This document shows positions 16,171 through 29,145 of a DNA stretch of 64,000 bases, piece after piece (position 1 is the first letter of the stretch; every line of letters starts with the position of its first letter). The notes beneath the pieces are model-generated. The model did no database searches. It was given only the letters and a program-made list of their open reading frames with translations, and was not told the origin of the DNA. The translations under genes were made by a program, and so were the position numbers. Source of the DNA: Eledone cirrhosa (lineage: Eukaryota); NCBI GenBank assembly GCA_964016885.1, contig OZ024741.1, positions 343,976,001-344,040,000 on the forward strand, in the 5' to 3' direction.

Positions 16171-17209
16171 TAATATTAATTGGAAGCCTCTACAAAAATA
16201 ATAATGTTGGCAAAATCTATTTCGAGTGATAGGTTTTCGGAAAAAGTCTTCATATACGCCCAGCTTTCGAATGCCACGTACAGCTTCTCAAGCTTAACCT
16301 TACTAAAACAACGAAGCATATACATGGTAAGTTTGCTAGAAATAACAATGAAACTTTTCTTAATTTATACCGAATGTCTTGAAAAGGAGTGAGATAGTGT
16401 ATAATCTAACCCTAGATATACAATGCTTTAAAAAAACGGCTGAGATTGTGATAGTTGATATGTAAATGAACATTGGTCTGCTGAATCACAGTTGGCCAAG
16501 CAAGATTAAGATAAGTAAAACCAAATGCAGTAATCAATATATTTCAAGTAGTGAATGAAACCTTAATGAAGCCCTCATCGCTTGATATCTCAGGGCCGGA
16601 TCTATTTTCTTAAAAACCTAAAGTCTACACATCGATAGAATTATATATAGAGTATGATGCCAAGATAGGCACGGATGCAGCTTTAGCAATGAATGTAATA
16701 TCTGCAAGTCTTTTGACCGCAATCTTACGCTATGTTTGGCATTAATACAATTGAAACCCAAGAACGAGAAATTATTACATCATACAAATCAAGAAAAACG
16801 AAGCCCTGAAACCAATATAGTGCAACAGAAAATAGCGGTTGTTTTGCATTTAATTAATCGAAGCCATCAAAAATATTCAACATATACATAACTCCAACTC
16901 CTGTTTTAAATCATTTTGTTTAGTTGTTTACTTATTTGTGTCGTGCTAGGTTTTGACACGGTATATAGAAAGTGTTAGACAAATCTTATAATATATGGTC
17001 ACTTCCTTGATTAGATATGCCCTCATGCACAATTTCAGCAATCTTAGAGCAACATTGTGACCTACAACTTGTATCATATATATGTTCACTATTTTTGTAT
17101 GCCAGGTTGCTCTCGGGTGTTACTGGTAACATGTAACGCAGTACAACCTGTCTCCTGGTCGGGTCGTAGGCGACTAAACCGGCAACCCCACCAAGCTTGC
17201 TTGTTGAGG

Positions 17210-17620
17210 AGGGTGATATTTGGAGACCCTGCGGAATGAAAGACGAAACACCCGGTAAAGGAGGAGGAACTCGGCTGAGTCAACGACCATCCAAATAGTA
17301 CTTTTCCTTTTTTTCACCTGCAATGAAAGGTTCCCCCAGTCACAAGACTTTTCTAAGAGAAGCAAACTCTGAAAAAACTGCGGCTTCGGAAACATCCGAT
17401 GATGTTGAACAGTTTTCCGTTTCGGGACGTGTTTCGATACTCAGAGAGTGGGTTGGTCGAGTGCAAGGTCTTTCCCCACTTTAAAAAAAGCCTTCAAATC
17501 GCAGATATAGCTTGTTCAAGATATGTTACAGGTTTGTGTGACTGGCCGTAGCCTAAAAGTGCACCATTTTCTGTAATCTGATAAGCGATTGCAATACTTT
17601 TAGCAGAGTTTGCAGCCATC
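17210..17620. repeat. Unclassified dispersed repeat; second copy at about 54315-54680
   Basis: Shared ccatccaaatagtactttt...ctcagagagtggg...tagcagagtttgcagccatcat; both copies end at a microsatellite. Confidence 0.7.
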
Positions 17621-18009
17621 ATGTATGTATGTATGTATGTATGTATGTATGTATTGTATCTGTGTGCGTATGTATGTATGTATGTATTATGTATGTATGA
17701 GTGATTGCGCTTGTTTGTGCGGGTGGATGTATTCACCTAATTGAAACCAAATTTGTGATTATGGATTTCAGTTAAGTTATGGTTGATGGAGACTTCAATA
17801 GGATCAATATGTGTATATTGTAGCTGGTCCTGTCATATTATTTGGGAATACATATCAGTAGCTTTTTTTGGACGAATCTAGTTCTACATAGATTTATGGT
17901 ATAAATATAGAAACATTTTTATGTAATCGATTAATCTGTTAAATATCTTTAAAATCACAACCTACCGTCTTAATTGGATAATGTAGTCGTCCATATAGTC
18001 TGTAGGCGT

Positions 18010-18345
18010 TGTTAGAACGTAATAGTTGTTAGGACGTTAGGACGTCAGAATCGTTAGGACGTCAGAGTCGTTAGGACATCAGAGTCGTTAGGATATCAGA
18101 GTCGTTAACGTCAGAGTCGTTCGTCGTCAGATTCGTTATGACGTCAGAGTCGTTCGTCGTCAGAATCGTTAGGACGTCAGAGTCGTTAGGGCATCAGAGT
18201 CGTTAGGATATCAGAGTCGTTAGGACATCAGAGTCGTGACGTCAGAATCGTTATGACGTCAGAGTCGTTTGGACGTCAGAATCGTTCGGACGTCAGAGTC
18301 GTTAGGATGCAAGAATGGTTAGGACGTCAGAATCGTTAGGACATA
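18010..18345. repeat. Minisatellite, ~17 bp unit GACGTCAGAGTCGTTAG
   Basis: Roughly 18-20 degenerate tandem units read directly. Confidence 0.9.
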
Positions 18346-18769
18346 GGTCCAGTGTTTTGTAAGATTAGTACAGTCGATTATATCGAACTCATTATTAACT
18401 GGTACTTTATTTTTCCGAAACCAAATGTAAATAAATCTTATAATTTATTGAGCCGTTTAGATGATTAAAAATTTGGAATGTTAGAATTTAAACACACAGA
18501 AAAAAAGTGGCCAGGAGCCCACTTTTCCTATCCCTAAGGGTATTTCACTTGATTTTCCTAAAGTTATTATTATTTCTTGCGGTTTCTGCGTTTGAATTCT
18601 AACATTTCAAATTAAAACCAAAATTATAAAGTTAAATACAACTTCCTTGTCTCTAAAAGAAATGAGAACTAAAACAGTCTTATATATTATCAGAAAACTC
18701 TAATACGTTAGTTCGACGATTTACCAAATCTGTCAACCCACCACCCTTAGTAGCTTTTAATATTAATTT

Positions 18770-19160
18770 CTAATGTATGCACAAGACTAACAAAGTTGAT
18801 TAAATCAACCCCAGCACTTGACTGGTACATTATTTTATCGACCCCCGTAAGGATGAAAGGCGAAGCTGACCCCGGTTAAATTTGAAATCAGAATATAGAG
18901 AACCAGAATACCGAGCGCAATGATATTTTATCCGATACTGTACCAAACCTGCCAATCCAAAAACATTTAATATTGATTTCTAATTTAGGTTCAAGGCCAG
19001 CAAATGTGGGGAAAGGGAAAAGCTGATTAAATTAACTTCAATACTTGACTAGTAATTTATTTTGTTGGCCCAGAAGGATAAAAGACAAAGTTGACCTCAG
19101 CGGGATTTGAATAGAGAGCCAAAATAAATACCGCTCTATCATAACAGCCAAATCCACCAG
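18770..19160 (-). mobile_element. Two diverged SINE copies
   Basis: ttttatcgacccccgtaaggatgaaaggc...; aaagttgacctcagcgggatttgaa. Confidence 0.6.
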
Positions 19161-20457
19161 CTTTTAATATTGAAGTCGAGATATATTGATTTTTCTTTCA
19201 GACACGAAAACACATTTTTACCGAAGTCGACAATCTCTAAGAACTTTCGATAATCCTCAACAATTGTTTGTGATTCTCTCGGGAAAATAAACGTCTCTGA
19301 AGTGAAACTGAATACAACCGGGAGACAAAACCTCAAAACCTTAAAACCTAGGTCTTGCTTTCGCAGTGTCGAGAGGCTTAACACTTAAAAAATCAGAATC
19401 AGAATAAAAAATAAAATGTGATTTATCGCTAGTAAAAGCTCAATATATTTAGAACAAAACAACAAGTTGTTTCTACCTGCCTTATATAATTCTCAAAGAA
19501 AGATCGGGAAGTAATTGTTATTGTTATTGCAATTTCGTTGTTTGTTCTGTGAATTCTACCTCAAGGCAATACATTAGTTGAAAGAAGATTGGAAGTATAC
19601 AAGACATTTCAAACATCCAAATATGTGGTTGAATTTATTGTTATGTAATATTATATAATAAATCTAAATTGAAAAAGGTTTCAACGTCGTCACTCACACA
19701 GCTAAAAATACCAACCAAACTTCCCTCGAACCACACCTATCAGTTTTATATATATACATATATATACATATAGATACGAAACCCGATTCGTTGTAGCCAC
19801 CGCAAGCAACTATTTCTGTCTGTAGGGGAATTTTACCCGATTTTCTAAGTTATTACATGTAGCAACGTCACGACTGAGTTTACAGTTATTTCCTCTCTGT
19901 CTTTCTTTCTTTCTTTCTCTCTCCCTCTCTCTCTATATATATATATATATTTATATTTTCATATATTTTTATATCTGTATATCTGTTTGACCCGAAATAG
20001 GAGATCGAATCTTCGCTGTGTGGATGATTAGTTTAACCACCATCTCAGTGTGTTTGGCCTTTAACGTAAGTTGTAAGCTCTAATTCTTTTGAATTATTGA
20101 GCGCTTGCCTCACAACTCGAAAGTGTTTTCTCGTTATTTCATGGGCTGAAATTCGATTCTCGCTAATTTTTACTTATATATATATATATATATATATATA
20201 CTACCAAATCATAAGGTTATAAAATTAAATCAAATTGTTTAGAACTACAAGTGAAGTCCTTCTTTTCCTTTTTTTAAATATATATATAATAAAACTATTT
20301 CGCTCTACATGGCTGAATACATTAAATGTAATCTGAGTTTTTTTTATATTAATAATAACATTCGATTCGTTTGCAATTAGGCAAACAAGCCTCAATTTTT
20401 AAAGCCATGTCAGTAGAGTAAACCCTTCATTCTTGCTCTTGTGTTGGCATGTAAACA

Positions 20458-20507
20458 GAACTGCAGACACTAATATTTCTGGGTATCACCCTTCATCAGT
20501 ACAGCTC
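20458..20507 (-). ncRNA. Type I hammerhead ribozyme motif
   Basis: Minus strand: gagctgta-CTGATGA-aGGGTgatACCCa-GAAA-tattagtg-TC-tgcagttc; 8-bp helix I, GUC site; siblings at 52267-52316 (-) and 52443-52484 (+). Confidence 0.8.
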
Positions 20508-20889
20508 ACTGTTCACCTGCCAAATGTCAGAGCTAGTGAAAACATTTGCTATTTTTCTAAAATATACAGTGACTGATCGACCTGATATGCATATCAGCAG
20601 ACTAGCCAGTCAGTTTCCTGTATACGAGCGATAAATGGCCTATATACTTTCTCCTATATATATATATATATATATATACGAAATGCACACCCATGTATGT
20701 TTACAGATATGCCGAAGCTAATTTTCATATATATATATATAACGGTTAATTTTAGGTTTAATCAATACATATAAAATATATATCGATAATGTTTCTCGGT
20801 GAAAATGTCAATAAACGTCTGTTGAGAGCATAAATAATATAACATATATGTAAACGATATACTAGGATATATCAATTGTTTACAAATAT

Positions 20890-20924
<35 letters not shown>

Positions 20925-21060
20925 AGTGTAATTTTCTACAAAAAACGAAGGTTATAGAGAAAATTGAGGTTGGTAATGGCACATGGAATATATAAGAGAC
21001 AGAATACTTTTTTGTGAAAAAACATAATTTTATAAGGTAAGGAAATAATAAAGGGTATAC

Positions 21061-21108
21061 AAAATGACCGGTTTCGATGGGTCTGCAAAAGCCATCTTTT
21101 CAAATGTT
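21061..21108 (-). ncRNA. Hammerhead motif, U3-A8 variant
   Basis: Minus strand: TTGAAAA-GATGG...CCATC-GAAA-CCGG-TC; copies at 54991-55038 (-) and 55504-55551 (+); helix I is weak. Confidence 0.55.
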
Positions 21109-21278
21109 GATTAATATTAAGAAAAATTAATAATACGAAGAGTTAAAATTTGAGACTTGAAAATTCAAGTATAAAATTCATTGTGGGATTTCATAGCAGT
21201 TTTCATCTAGGTAGCAACAACAGGTTGACTGCTGTGTCCCTTTCTGGTAGTGAATGAGAAGTTATTTGGGGTGTGGGT

Positions 21279-21314
<36 letters not shown>

Positions 21315-21316
<2 letters not shown>

Positions 21317-21767
21317 AGTATGTATACGTACATACATATATGTATACAGACGTACAGTACTATGTATATACATATATGCACACATATATATATGTACGTA
21401 TGGGTTTCCCGAACATTTATTATAATGGTCGGTTTGTTTGGAAACAAACAGCCCGAAATTATTAGCCGTACAGTGTTCGGCAACCATCGTAGCCCTTTTG
21501 TTCAACACTGACAAAGGAACAATGAACTAGTTTCTAGCTTATTAGCTGTCACCAGCACCGTATACATTCCTGTCAGTCGATTGAACGCTTGAAAGTATAT
21601 ACTTTCCCTATGCATATTAACGGCTGAGCAGCCTAATTTTCATATCGAGTGATGTATGTATGTATATACTTACTACTGTACGTCTGTATACATATATGTA
21701 TGTACGTATATATACTTATATTTAATTATCAGCCGTACTAAGAGTGAGAAATGAAATTTCATTTTTT

Positions 21768-21770
<3 letters not shown>
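21315..21770. repeat. (TA)n-bounded dispersed module with terminal inversion; relatives at about 22730-22870, 31585-31750 and 55795-56270
   Basis: Shared gtatacagacgtacagta / cagccgtactaagagt...aaatgaaatttc blocks in both orientations. Confidence 0.7.
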
Positions 21771-21849
<79 letters not shown>

Positions 21850-21850
<1 letters not shown>

Positions 21851-22032
21851 TACTGCTGCATTAGTGCGGCAGAAACTCGAGTCCGGGAACCTTATAGGCA
21901 CCCGTTTTACGTGTGTTGTGTTGAGGCAAATAACTATGTGTATACTCTGGTAATGTATCTTACATTGCCCATTGAGTGCGCTGAGATACAACCGGTACTG
22001 GCATTGATAAATATGCTGGGTCCGTCAACCCT

Positions 22033-22037
<5 letters not shown>
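21850..22037 (+). repeat. Dispersed (TA)n-bounded repeat; relatives at about 620-810 and 51405-51570
   Basis: Shared tactgc...gaaactcgagt...tttacgtgtgttgt...attgagt..gctgagatacaacc. Confidence 0.75.
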
Positions 22038-22083
<46 letters not shown>

Positions 22084-24484
22084 CTCCTAGAATTAACGAT
22101 TAACTGATTAATTTAATTAGATGATTCTATTGATTGATTAATTGTTTAAGTTTGTTTGATAACTTCTGGTTGAGTGCTTTATTCGGTTTCTCTAAAGGAA
22201 TTTATTCCTTTATCTCAAATTAGAATTCACCGCCTAAGCGGGGGTTACATCGCTTGGAGTAAACCACGTATCTGTGGCGACATTTAAAGCTACAACATAC
22301 CCGCTCAGGCTAAGAACGAAAGACTTGCTGAAGAAGTAAATCCTATGTTTTGTTGTCAAAAACCATTATATTGCAGACTCCTGCAATAGGAATTTGTCGA
22401 TCTTGGATTTGCAGGAACTTAGCGCTGATGTTGGATGCTATATGTGATGTATATTGTTGATATACGATGTATGTTATATATTTTGCACTCAGCCTCACCG
22501 CTATGTCCGGATCAGTATAAAATCTTTTCCTAGGTCCTGTATTTTCGTTGCTCTAGTGATGCGGCTGGACTGCCGACCGCTATATCTGATTTGCTAAGCT
22601 GTCTGAACGTAATGTTATTACTCTGGGGTCTTTCCTCATCTGAGTGCTCAAGCTACAGACCGATTATGCATATACGCTAGCTTAGCCCTATTCTAAATCT
22701 TCGTCAATGCTGTACTAAAATTAATATATATATATATGTGTGCATGTATGTATATATATATACATACTACTGTACATCTGTATACATATATGTATGTACG
22801 TGTACATACTTATATTTAAGTAACAGCCGTACTAAGAGTGGGAAATGAAATTTCGTTTCATTTTTTCCGTTTATATATATATATTTATATATATATAAGG
22901 AAGGAAGTGTGGTAAGGAACCAGGTGGACCAGATTCAAGCTGTGTCTTTACATGCATACCCATTCTTTTCGTAACCCTTTAAGAATGAATGTGACGTCAC
23001 TTTCAGCTTATATCTGGAGTCTAAAAGACAACCACACCCAATATAAGTTACACTGGGAGATCCTAGCTAGCTAGCGCTAGATCGTATAACGGAAATAAAA
23101 GAGCATGAGACTTCTGCGCCGCTGAGGCCCTGGAAATACTCTACGCCAAAGACCACATCTTAAACAAAAAATCTATTACAGCCCCACATTATACCCTGAC
23201 GGATAGTACGAACTATATGCGGATATTTTACGTCTTGATGTGGCTGCTAAGTATATGTTTTGTTTATACCATTACTTATTTGTATAGGTAAGTATATATT
23301 ACCTGTATGTTTTGTGAAGGTATGTATACTTTCTCGGACGTATATTTGATTGTATATGTTATGGCTTATATATTATATATTCTGGTACATATGCTTTTGG
23401 TTATGTGTATACGTGAGTTTTGCGTCTGTATGAGTATGCGGGTTCGTACGTATGTAGGGTGTGTGTATATGTGTACTTTGTATTTTGGTTGACGTACGCC
23501 TCCGAACATATGTGTATTTACATGTAGGTATGTGTGTGCGCTTGTTATATACGTATTTATTTATTTATATACGTTTATTTAATTATATGTATACACGCAC
23601 ACACACACACACATATATATATATTTTTTTAAATATATATTTGTATGTGTATTTGGTGTATACATTCGTATACGTGCGGGTACAGGCGTTGCGTGGGTTC
23701 TGTATGTGCGTGCGGCGTTGTTGTTTTTTTTTTTGGGGGGGGGGTTGTACGTGCGTGTATTTGTATACCAATGGCGAGTGTTTTCGCGTATGCTTGTGAA
23801 TGTCCGTATATGGATGCGTGTATGTATTTATTTTATTTCAATTACCTCTGTATTTTAGTTACTTTATTCTTAACTCTGAAGCCGAGAATCATTCGGTTTC
23901 CTAGTTGGAATTTTAGTCTACGACTTCAGTTATACCATTTACGTGGTTTTGTCTTTGCGTGCAATTGTTCTCCCCGCTCCACATATGACATATTATCTTC
24001 GTTTTTTCTGTTCATTGCCAGAGAACGTCTCTATGAACCACCTAATAGAATATTAGTCTACGACTTATTTTATACCATAAACGTGGTTTTTTCTTTGCGT
24101 GTAATTGTTTTTCACCGCTCCAAATAATGACGTATTATATTCGTTTTCTCCCGTTCTTTGCCAGGGAACGTTTCCACGAAACAAAGTATCGTCTTCCTGT
24201 CTTCCTCCAGTTGCAACTTTTTTTGAAATATTTACGTCTGCGTTCACAGATTGACCTTGTTAGTTTCAAAAGACCCCGTTAAGGGTGAAAGCAGCGATTC
24301 TTTGCTTAAACTTTAATCTGTTATTTTAATAAATATTTGCTCTATGGTTATTATATATTTGATATATATTTATCCTTATCGGGCCCTCTTTGTATCTTAG
24401 TCTTCAAATTTATTATTATTACTATATATATATGGTAATAATAATAATAATATTAATAATAATAATAACAATAATAATAATAAT

Positions 24485-27192
24485 TTGAGTCACTACTGAA
24501 TGGACATAGGAAAGCTTGAGTCACTACTGAATGGACATAGGAAAGCTTGAGTCACTACTGAATGTGACACTAAAAAACATAGGCACTAAAAATAGACTGG
24601 AAATAAAATACAAAACTAGGAGGAAAAAGCTAAATATTATCATAGAGGAACTGAAGCAACGCATTGTAGCAAAGAGTGCAAAAATCAGGCGATACGAGAA
24701 CAGAGTCAGTCAGTATAAGCAGAACCGCATGTTCGACAACAACCAGAAGATGCTGTTTGGACAGCTTGAGGGGAAAGAAAGAGGCAACGACTTGATCCCT
24801 GGGGCGGAGCAAACTAAAACATTCTGGAGAGGAATATGGGAGCAGGATGTTAGACACAATGCCCAGGCAGGGTGGATTGAGACAGTACAGAGGGAGATCG
24901 GTGAGCAGGCACAACAACAAACTGATTTGAGTATCACAGTTGAAACTCTTAAGGGGCAGGCCAAAAAACTAACCAACTGGAAATCACCAGGCCCAGATAG
25001 TGTGCAGGGGTATTGGATTAAACATTTAACATCCCTCCACCCGAAGCTGACGGCCATGTTCAATGACTGCTTGGTGTCGGGTGAGGTGCCAGAGTGGTGG
25101 ACAAAAGGTACCACAGTTCTGATAATGAAAGACCGAATCAAGGGTAATGATGTTACCAACTATAGACCTATCACATCTCTGTCCGTAATGTGGAAACTGT
25201 TGACGAGCATTGTGTCTGAGGAAATCTACCATCACCTCCACACAAACAACTTGTTACCGGACGAACAGAAAGGATGCCGAAAGAAGTCACGTGGTACAAA
25301 GGACCAGTTACTTATTGATAAGATGGTAATGGGGAATTGCAGGAGGAGACACACTGATCTTGCCATGGGATGGATAGACTACAGAAAGGCATTTGACATG
25401 GTGCCTCATTCCTGGATCACCAAAAGCCTGGAGATCTTCAGGGTGGCAGATAACATCAGACAGTTGCTAGGCAGGAGTATGGGGTCCTGGGAGACAGAGT
25501 TGACATCAACTGGAGTATCCTTGGGAAGCGTGAAGATCAAGAGAGGTATCTTCCAGGGAGATAGCCTGTCCCCTCTGTTGTTTGTCCTTGCCCTGATGCC
25601 CTTGACCATTATGCTGCGAAAAGTGAGAGCAGGATACAAGTTGGGAAGGAGAGAGCTTACCATCAATCACCTCCTCTTCATGGACGATCTTAAACTCTTC
25701 GGGAAAAGTGAGAAGGAGTTGGATGTGCTTGTTGACACTGTCCGTATTTTCAACAGTGATATATGTATGCAGTTTGGTGTTGGTAAATGTGGAGTCATTG
25801 TGATGAAGAGGGGTAGGTTGAGCAGAAGTAACGGGATCCAGATACCAACAGGTGAGATGATAAAGGAAATTGACTCTGAGGAAGGATACAAGTATTTGGG
25901 CGTTCTGGAGGCTGATGGCATAAAGAACAAAAAAATGAAGGAATTGTTAAGAACTGAATACATTCGGAGAGTAAGGAGCGTATTGAAGTCACATCTGAAC
26001 AGCAGAAATGCCATAAGCGCAGTAAATTCCCGAGCTGTGTCTATTATTAGGTATAGTGCGGGAATTCTGAGATGGAATGTTGCTGAACAAAAAGAAATGG
26101 ATAGGAAGACTAGGAAGCTATTGACTATCTACAACATGTTCCACAAGAGGAGTGATGTCGATAGACTCTACCTAAGGAGATCTGAGGGTGGAAGAGGTCT
26201 TATCAGCATAGAGGACTGTGTTCAGATGGAGAAAAACAACCTATACAAATACGTGACCTATAGTAAGGAGCCAATGCTCAGAACTGTACTGAAGGAGGGG
26301 ACAGTAGGCCAGGGGATGTCCAAGGAGGAAATAACATCAAGGAGGAAGAGCAGCCTTAAGGGAAAATCCCTTCATAGTACCTTCTTTGAGAAAACTGAAT
26401 TTAGAGATCCACAGACATGGAACTGGTTGAGAAGAGGAGACCTCAAAAAGGCTACAGAAGGAATGCTAATGGCTGCGCAGGAGCAGGCCCTCAAAACAAA
26501 GTGGTTGAAGCACCATATCTACAAGGAGGAGGCTAGCCCACTGTGCAGGATCTGTGGAGAGAGAGAGGAGACTGTGGCTCACATTGTGTCCGAGTGTAAA
26601 CACCTAGCCCAGACCCACTATAAGGGCTGGAGACACGATGTGATGGGCAGGGTGATCCACTGGCACCTGTGCAAAGTAAACAATTTACCACATTCTGAGA
26701 AGTGGTATGAGCATAGGCCAGAGGCGGTGATGGAGAACAATCAGGTGAAGGTGCTGTGGGATTTTAGGATACAGACGGACAAAAAACTGGAACACAATAG
26801 ACCTGACCTGGTGGTTGTGGACAAAGAAAAAAGATCGTGCCTGATTGTGGATGTGGCCTGCCCGTTCGACACGAGAGTGCAAGAGAAGGAGAGGGAGAAA
26901 ATTAACCGATACCAGGACCTAAAGTGGGAGGTGAAAAGGATTTGGAACTGCCATGAAGTCAAAGTGATCCCGATTGTCATAGGCGCACTGGGGACTATCT
27001 CCAAAAGATTCCAGGGATGGTTAAAGAAAATCGGCCCCTTCACGCTTTTTGGAACGCTTCAAAAGGCATGCTTGCTTGGAACAGCAAGAACCCTCCGATA
27101 CGTCCTGAATATCTGAGGCTGCAGGTAGTGGCTTGATATTCAATCCAACGGACTTTCCAGTTAACCAACATCAATGACTGAGATTCAAGGAA
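24485..27192 (+). mobile_element. 5'-truncated R4/Dong-like non-LTR retrotransposon in (TAA)n
   Basis: RT plus RLE ORF, ~75 bp 3' UTR, and (TAA)n on both sides (24435-24484 and about 27193-27322). Confidence 0.9.
24531..27116 (+). CDS. Reverse transcriptase, CCHC zinc knuckle and restriction-like endonuclease (R4/Dong-type), N-terminally truncated
   Basis: 861 aa without stops: WKSPGPD, NYRPI, WIDYRKAFDMVPH, GIFQGDSLSPLLF, LLFMDDLKLF, CRICGEREETVAHIVSEC, RHD, RPDLVV..DVACP. Confidence 0.92.
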   Translation: MDIGKLESLLNVTLKNIGTKNRLEIKYKTRRKKLNIIIEELKQRIVAKSAKIRRYENRVSQYKQNRMFDNNQKMLFGQLEGKERGNDLIPGAEQTKTFWRGIWEQDVRHNAQAGWIETVQREIGEQAQQQTDLSITVETLKGQAKKLTNWKSPGPDSVQGYWIKHLTSLHPKLTAMFNDCLVSGEVPEWWTKGTTVLIMKDRIKGNDVTNYRPITSLSVMWKLLTSIVSEEIYHHLHTNNLLPDEQKGCRKKSRGTKDQLLIDKMVMGNCRRRHTDLAMGWIDYRKAFDMVPHSWITKSLEIFRVADNIRQLLGRSMGSWETELTSTGVSLGSVKIKRGIFQGDSLSPLLFVLALMPLTIMLRKVRAGYKLGRRELTINHLLFMDDLKLFGKSEKELDVLVDTVRIFNSDICMQFGVGKCGVIVMKRGRLSRSNGIQIPTGEMIKEIDSEEGYKYLGVLEADGIKNKKMKELLRTEYIRRVRSVLKSHLNSRNAISAVNSRAVSIIRYSAGILRWNVAEQKEMDRKTRKLLTIYNMFHKRSDVDRLYLRRSEGGRGLISIEDCVQMEKNNLYKYVTYSKEPMLRTVLKEGTVGQGMSKEEITSRRKSSLKGKSLHSTFFEKTEFRDPQTWNWLRRGDLKKATEGMLMAAQEQALKTKWLKHHIYKEEASPLCRICGEREETVAHIVSECKHLAQTHYKGWRHDVMGRVIHWHLCKVNNLPHSEKWYEHRPEAVMENNQVKVLWDFRIQTDKKLEHNRPDLVVVDKEKRSCLIVDVACPFDTRVQEKEREKINRYQDLKWEVKRIWNCHEVKVIPIVIGALGTISKRFQGWLKKIGPFTLFGTLQKACLLGTARTLRYVLNI

Positions 27193-27202
27193 TAACAACA
27201 AC

Positions 27203-27303
<101 letters not shown>

Positions 27304-27320
27304 GGGATAATAATAATAAT

Positions 27321-27508
27321 AATTGTTTCTACTTTAGGCACAAGGCCAGCAAATTAACCAGTGCATTACTGGTACTTTATTTTATCGACCCCGTAAGGAT
27401 GAAAGGCAAAGTCAACCTCGGCGGGATTTGAACTCAGATCGTAAAGGGATGTAACTATGCTGGAAAGCATGGCGTCCGACCTTCTACCGATACTGCCAAT
27501 CCACTGCC
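27321..27508 (-). mobile_element. Full-length ~190 bp SINE
   Basis: Closely similar to the copies at 1914 and 55291. Confidence 0.88.
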
Positions 27509-27541
27509 CTAATAATAATAATAATAATAATAAATAGAAGG

Positions 27542-27580
<39 letters not shown>

Positions 27581-28660
27581 GAAGGGAAGAAGACGCACGA
27601 GGTGTCGGAGGTCATGAAATCGCTCCCGTAAGTTTTGAATTTTTAACATATTTAAATCATTTGTGAAATAACAACTCTTAGTACAAATGCTACGTAAAGC
27701 ACCCGGCTTGAGCCCCAAAAAATTCGGACCGAAAATATATTGTTATAAGGCTCAAATATTCAAATATTCAACTTTGTATTGTACACTGTATATCCCCCCC
27801 CCCAAAAAATGGCTATAATTGGAAGAAGAACCCCCCCCCTCTCCTCTGTCTACACTATATAGAACAGCCAAACTCACCAACACCAGAAACTAGATACACC
27901 ACCCACCTCATCACCTGTGTACACTAAACACAACAGCCAGATAACGGCAATTTCACCACCACCGCTCACTACTGCCATCATTACCACCACTATCCCATCA
28001 CCGCCGCCACCACTCCTTCACTCCTTCACTGCTACCACCGCTACAACACCACCACTACAGTAATACGATCACATCACCACCACAACTGCCTCGGTATCGA
28101 CATCACCACCACCACTGTCTCAGTATCGCTACCGCCGCCAGTCTCCACCTCTCCCAGCTGGTTGCTGCCACCACATTATAGAATTCCTACTACTAAAAAA
28201 GAGGAAGGCATCAAAATATATAGATAGACTCAAAAGAAAAAAGAAAAAACAAACAACAAAACCAAAGCAGCACAGCAACAACAGCACAAAACGAGAAAAA
28301 CAAACAGAGAAAAACAAAAACAAAAAAGAAACAAAAAACGTAAAGAAAATAAGAATGAAAAGAGAAGCAGGCGGACGGACAGAGAAGAGGGGGGGAAAAC
28401 TAAAACTAAAAAAACAAAAACTAAGTCAGACATTCGAACACTACATTACAATGAATCTTATGCTTAGTCATTTTTGGGACCCTTTCTGCCTGTGTGTTTG
28501 TTTGTTTATGTGTGTTCGTATACAGCGTGGTGATAATGCCACACAAGGGCCAAGTGGAACGGCGAATCCACAGATGGCTATGTAACCATACGTTCGCCAA
28601 TCCTCGATAAGAGTGTTTAAATATCGAACATAAACAGTTCGAATAACGGTGAAATGGAGA

Positions 28661-29145
28661 CTAGAACGAGTTGTATTTCCACATATTACGGCGGAACGTT
28701 GTAGCCGGAGTGTCGTCACCTGTAAGTAGATTCAGAAGAACGTATGGCGGGTCAGCCAATGCTGCTAATTGCACCTTACCTCCTGCACAGCACATAGAAG
28801 GCGCCTCGCCTGGCCATTTCATTGCGTTGCAGGATGTACAGACATTATCCATTTTACCGATGGAAATTGTAGGCAGAAGTCCGTAATCCTCAGAGGGGTT
28901 ATATCTGAAGGCTGCTTTTACCCAGCCTGAACTCTTGGTAGCAGTAGTTAACGTATGCCTGGAACACTTAGCAGCAAGCCTGTTGTCTCTGTCTGCCGTA
29001 GACTCCTTTGCAAGCGCTTGTTGACGATGAAGGCGAACGACAGCAAGCCTCGTCTGATGGGATGTTGGTGATTCCTCCACCAGCGCTTGTTGGCGACGAA
29101 GGCGAACATCAGCAAGCCTTGTCGTACGTGATGTTGGTGACTCAA
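28661..29145 (-). pseudogene. Helitron RepHel N-terminal fragment
   Basis: AAFRYNP..DY....ISIGKMDNVCTSCNAMKWPGEAPSMCCAGGKVQL...PP..L..LL.G......FRRNMWKYNS, the typical Cys-rich region upstream of the Helitron Rep domain. Confidence 0.85.

Noticed and set aside
18010-18345. CRISPR-like periodicity
   Set aside because: Head-to-tail units without unique spacers, in a eukaryotic context with no cas genes.
21940-22000. Stem followed by AACCGGTA in the 620/21850/51405 family as a hammerhead
   Set aside because: No recognisable CUGANGA or GAAA core shared by the copies.
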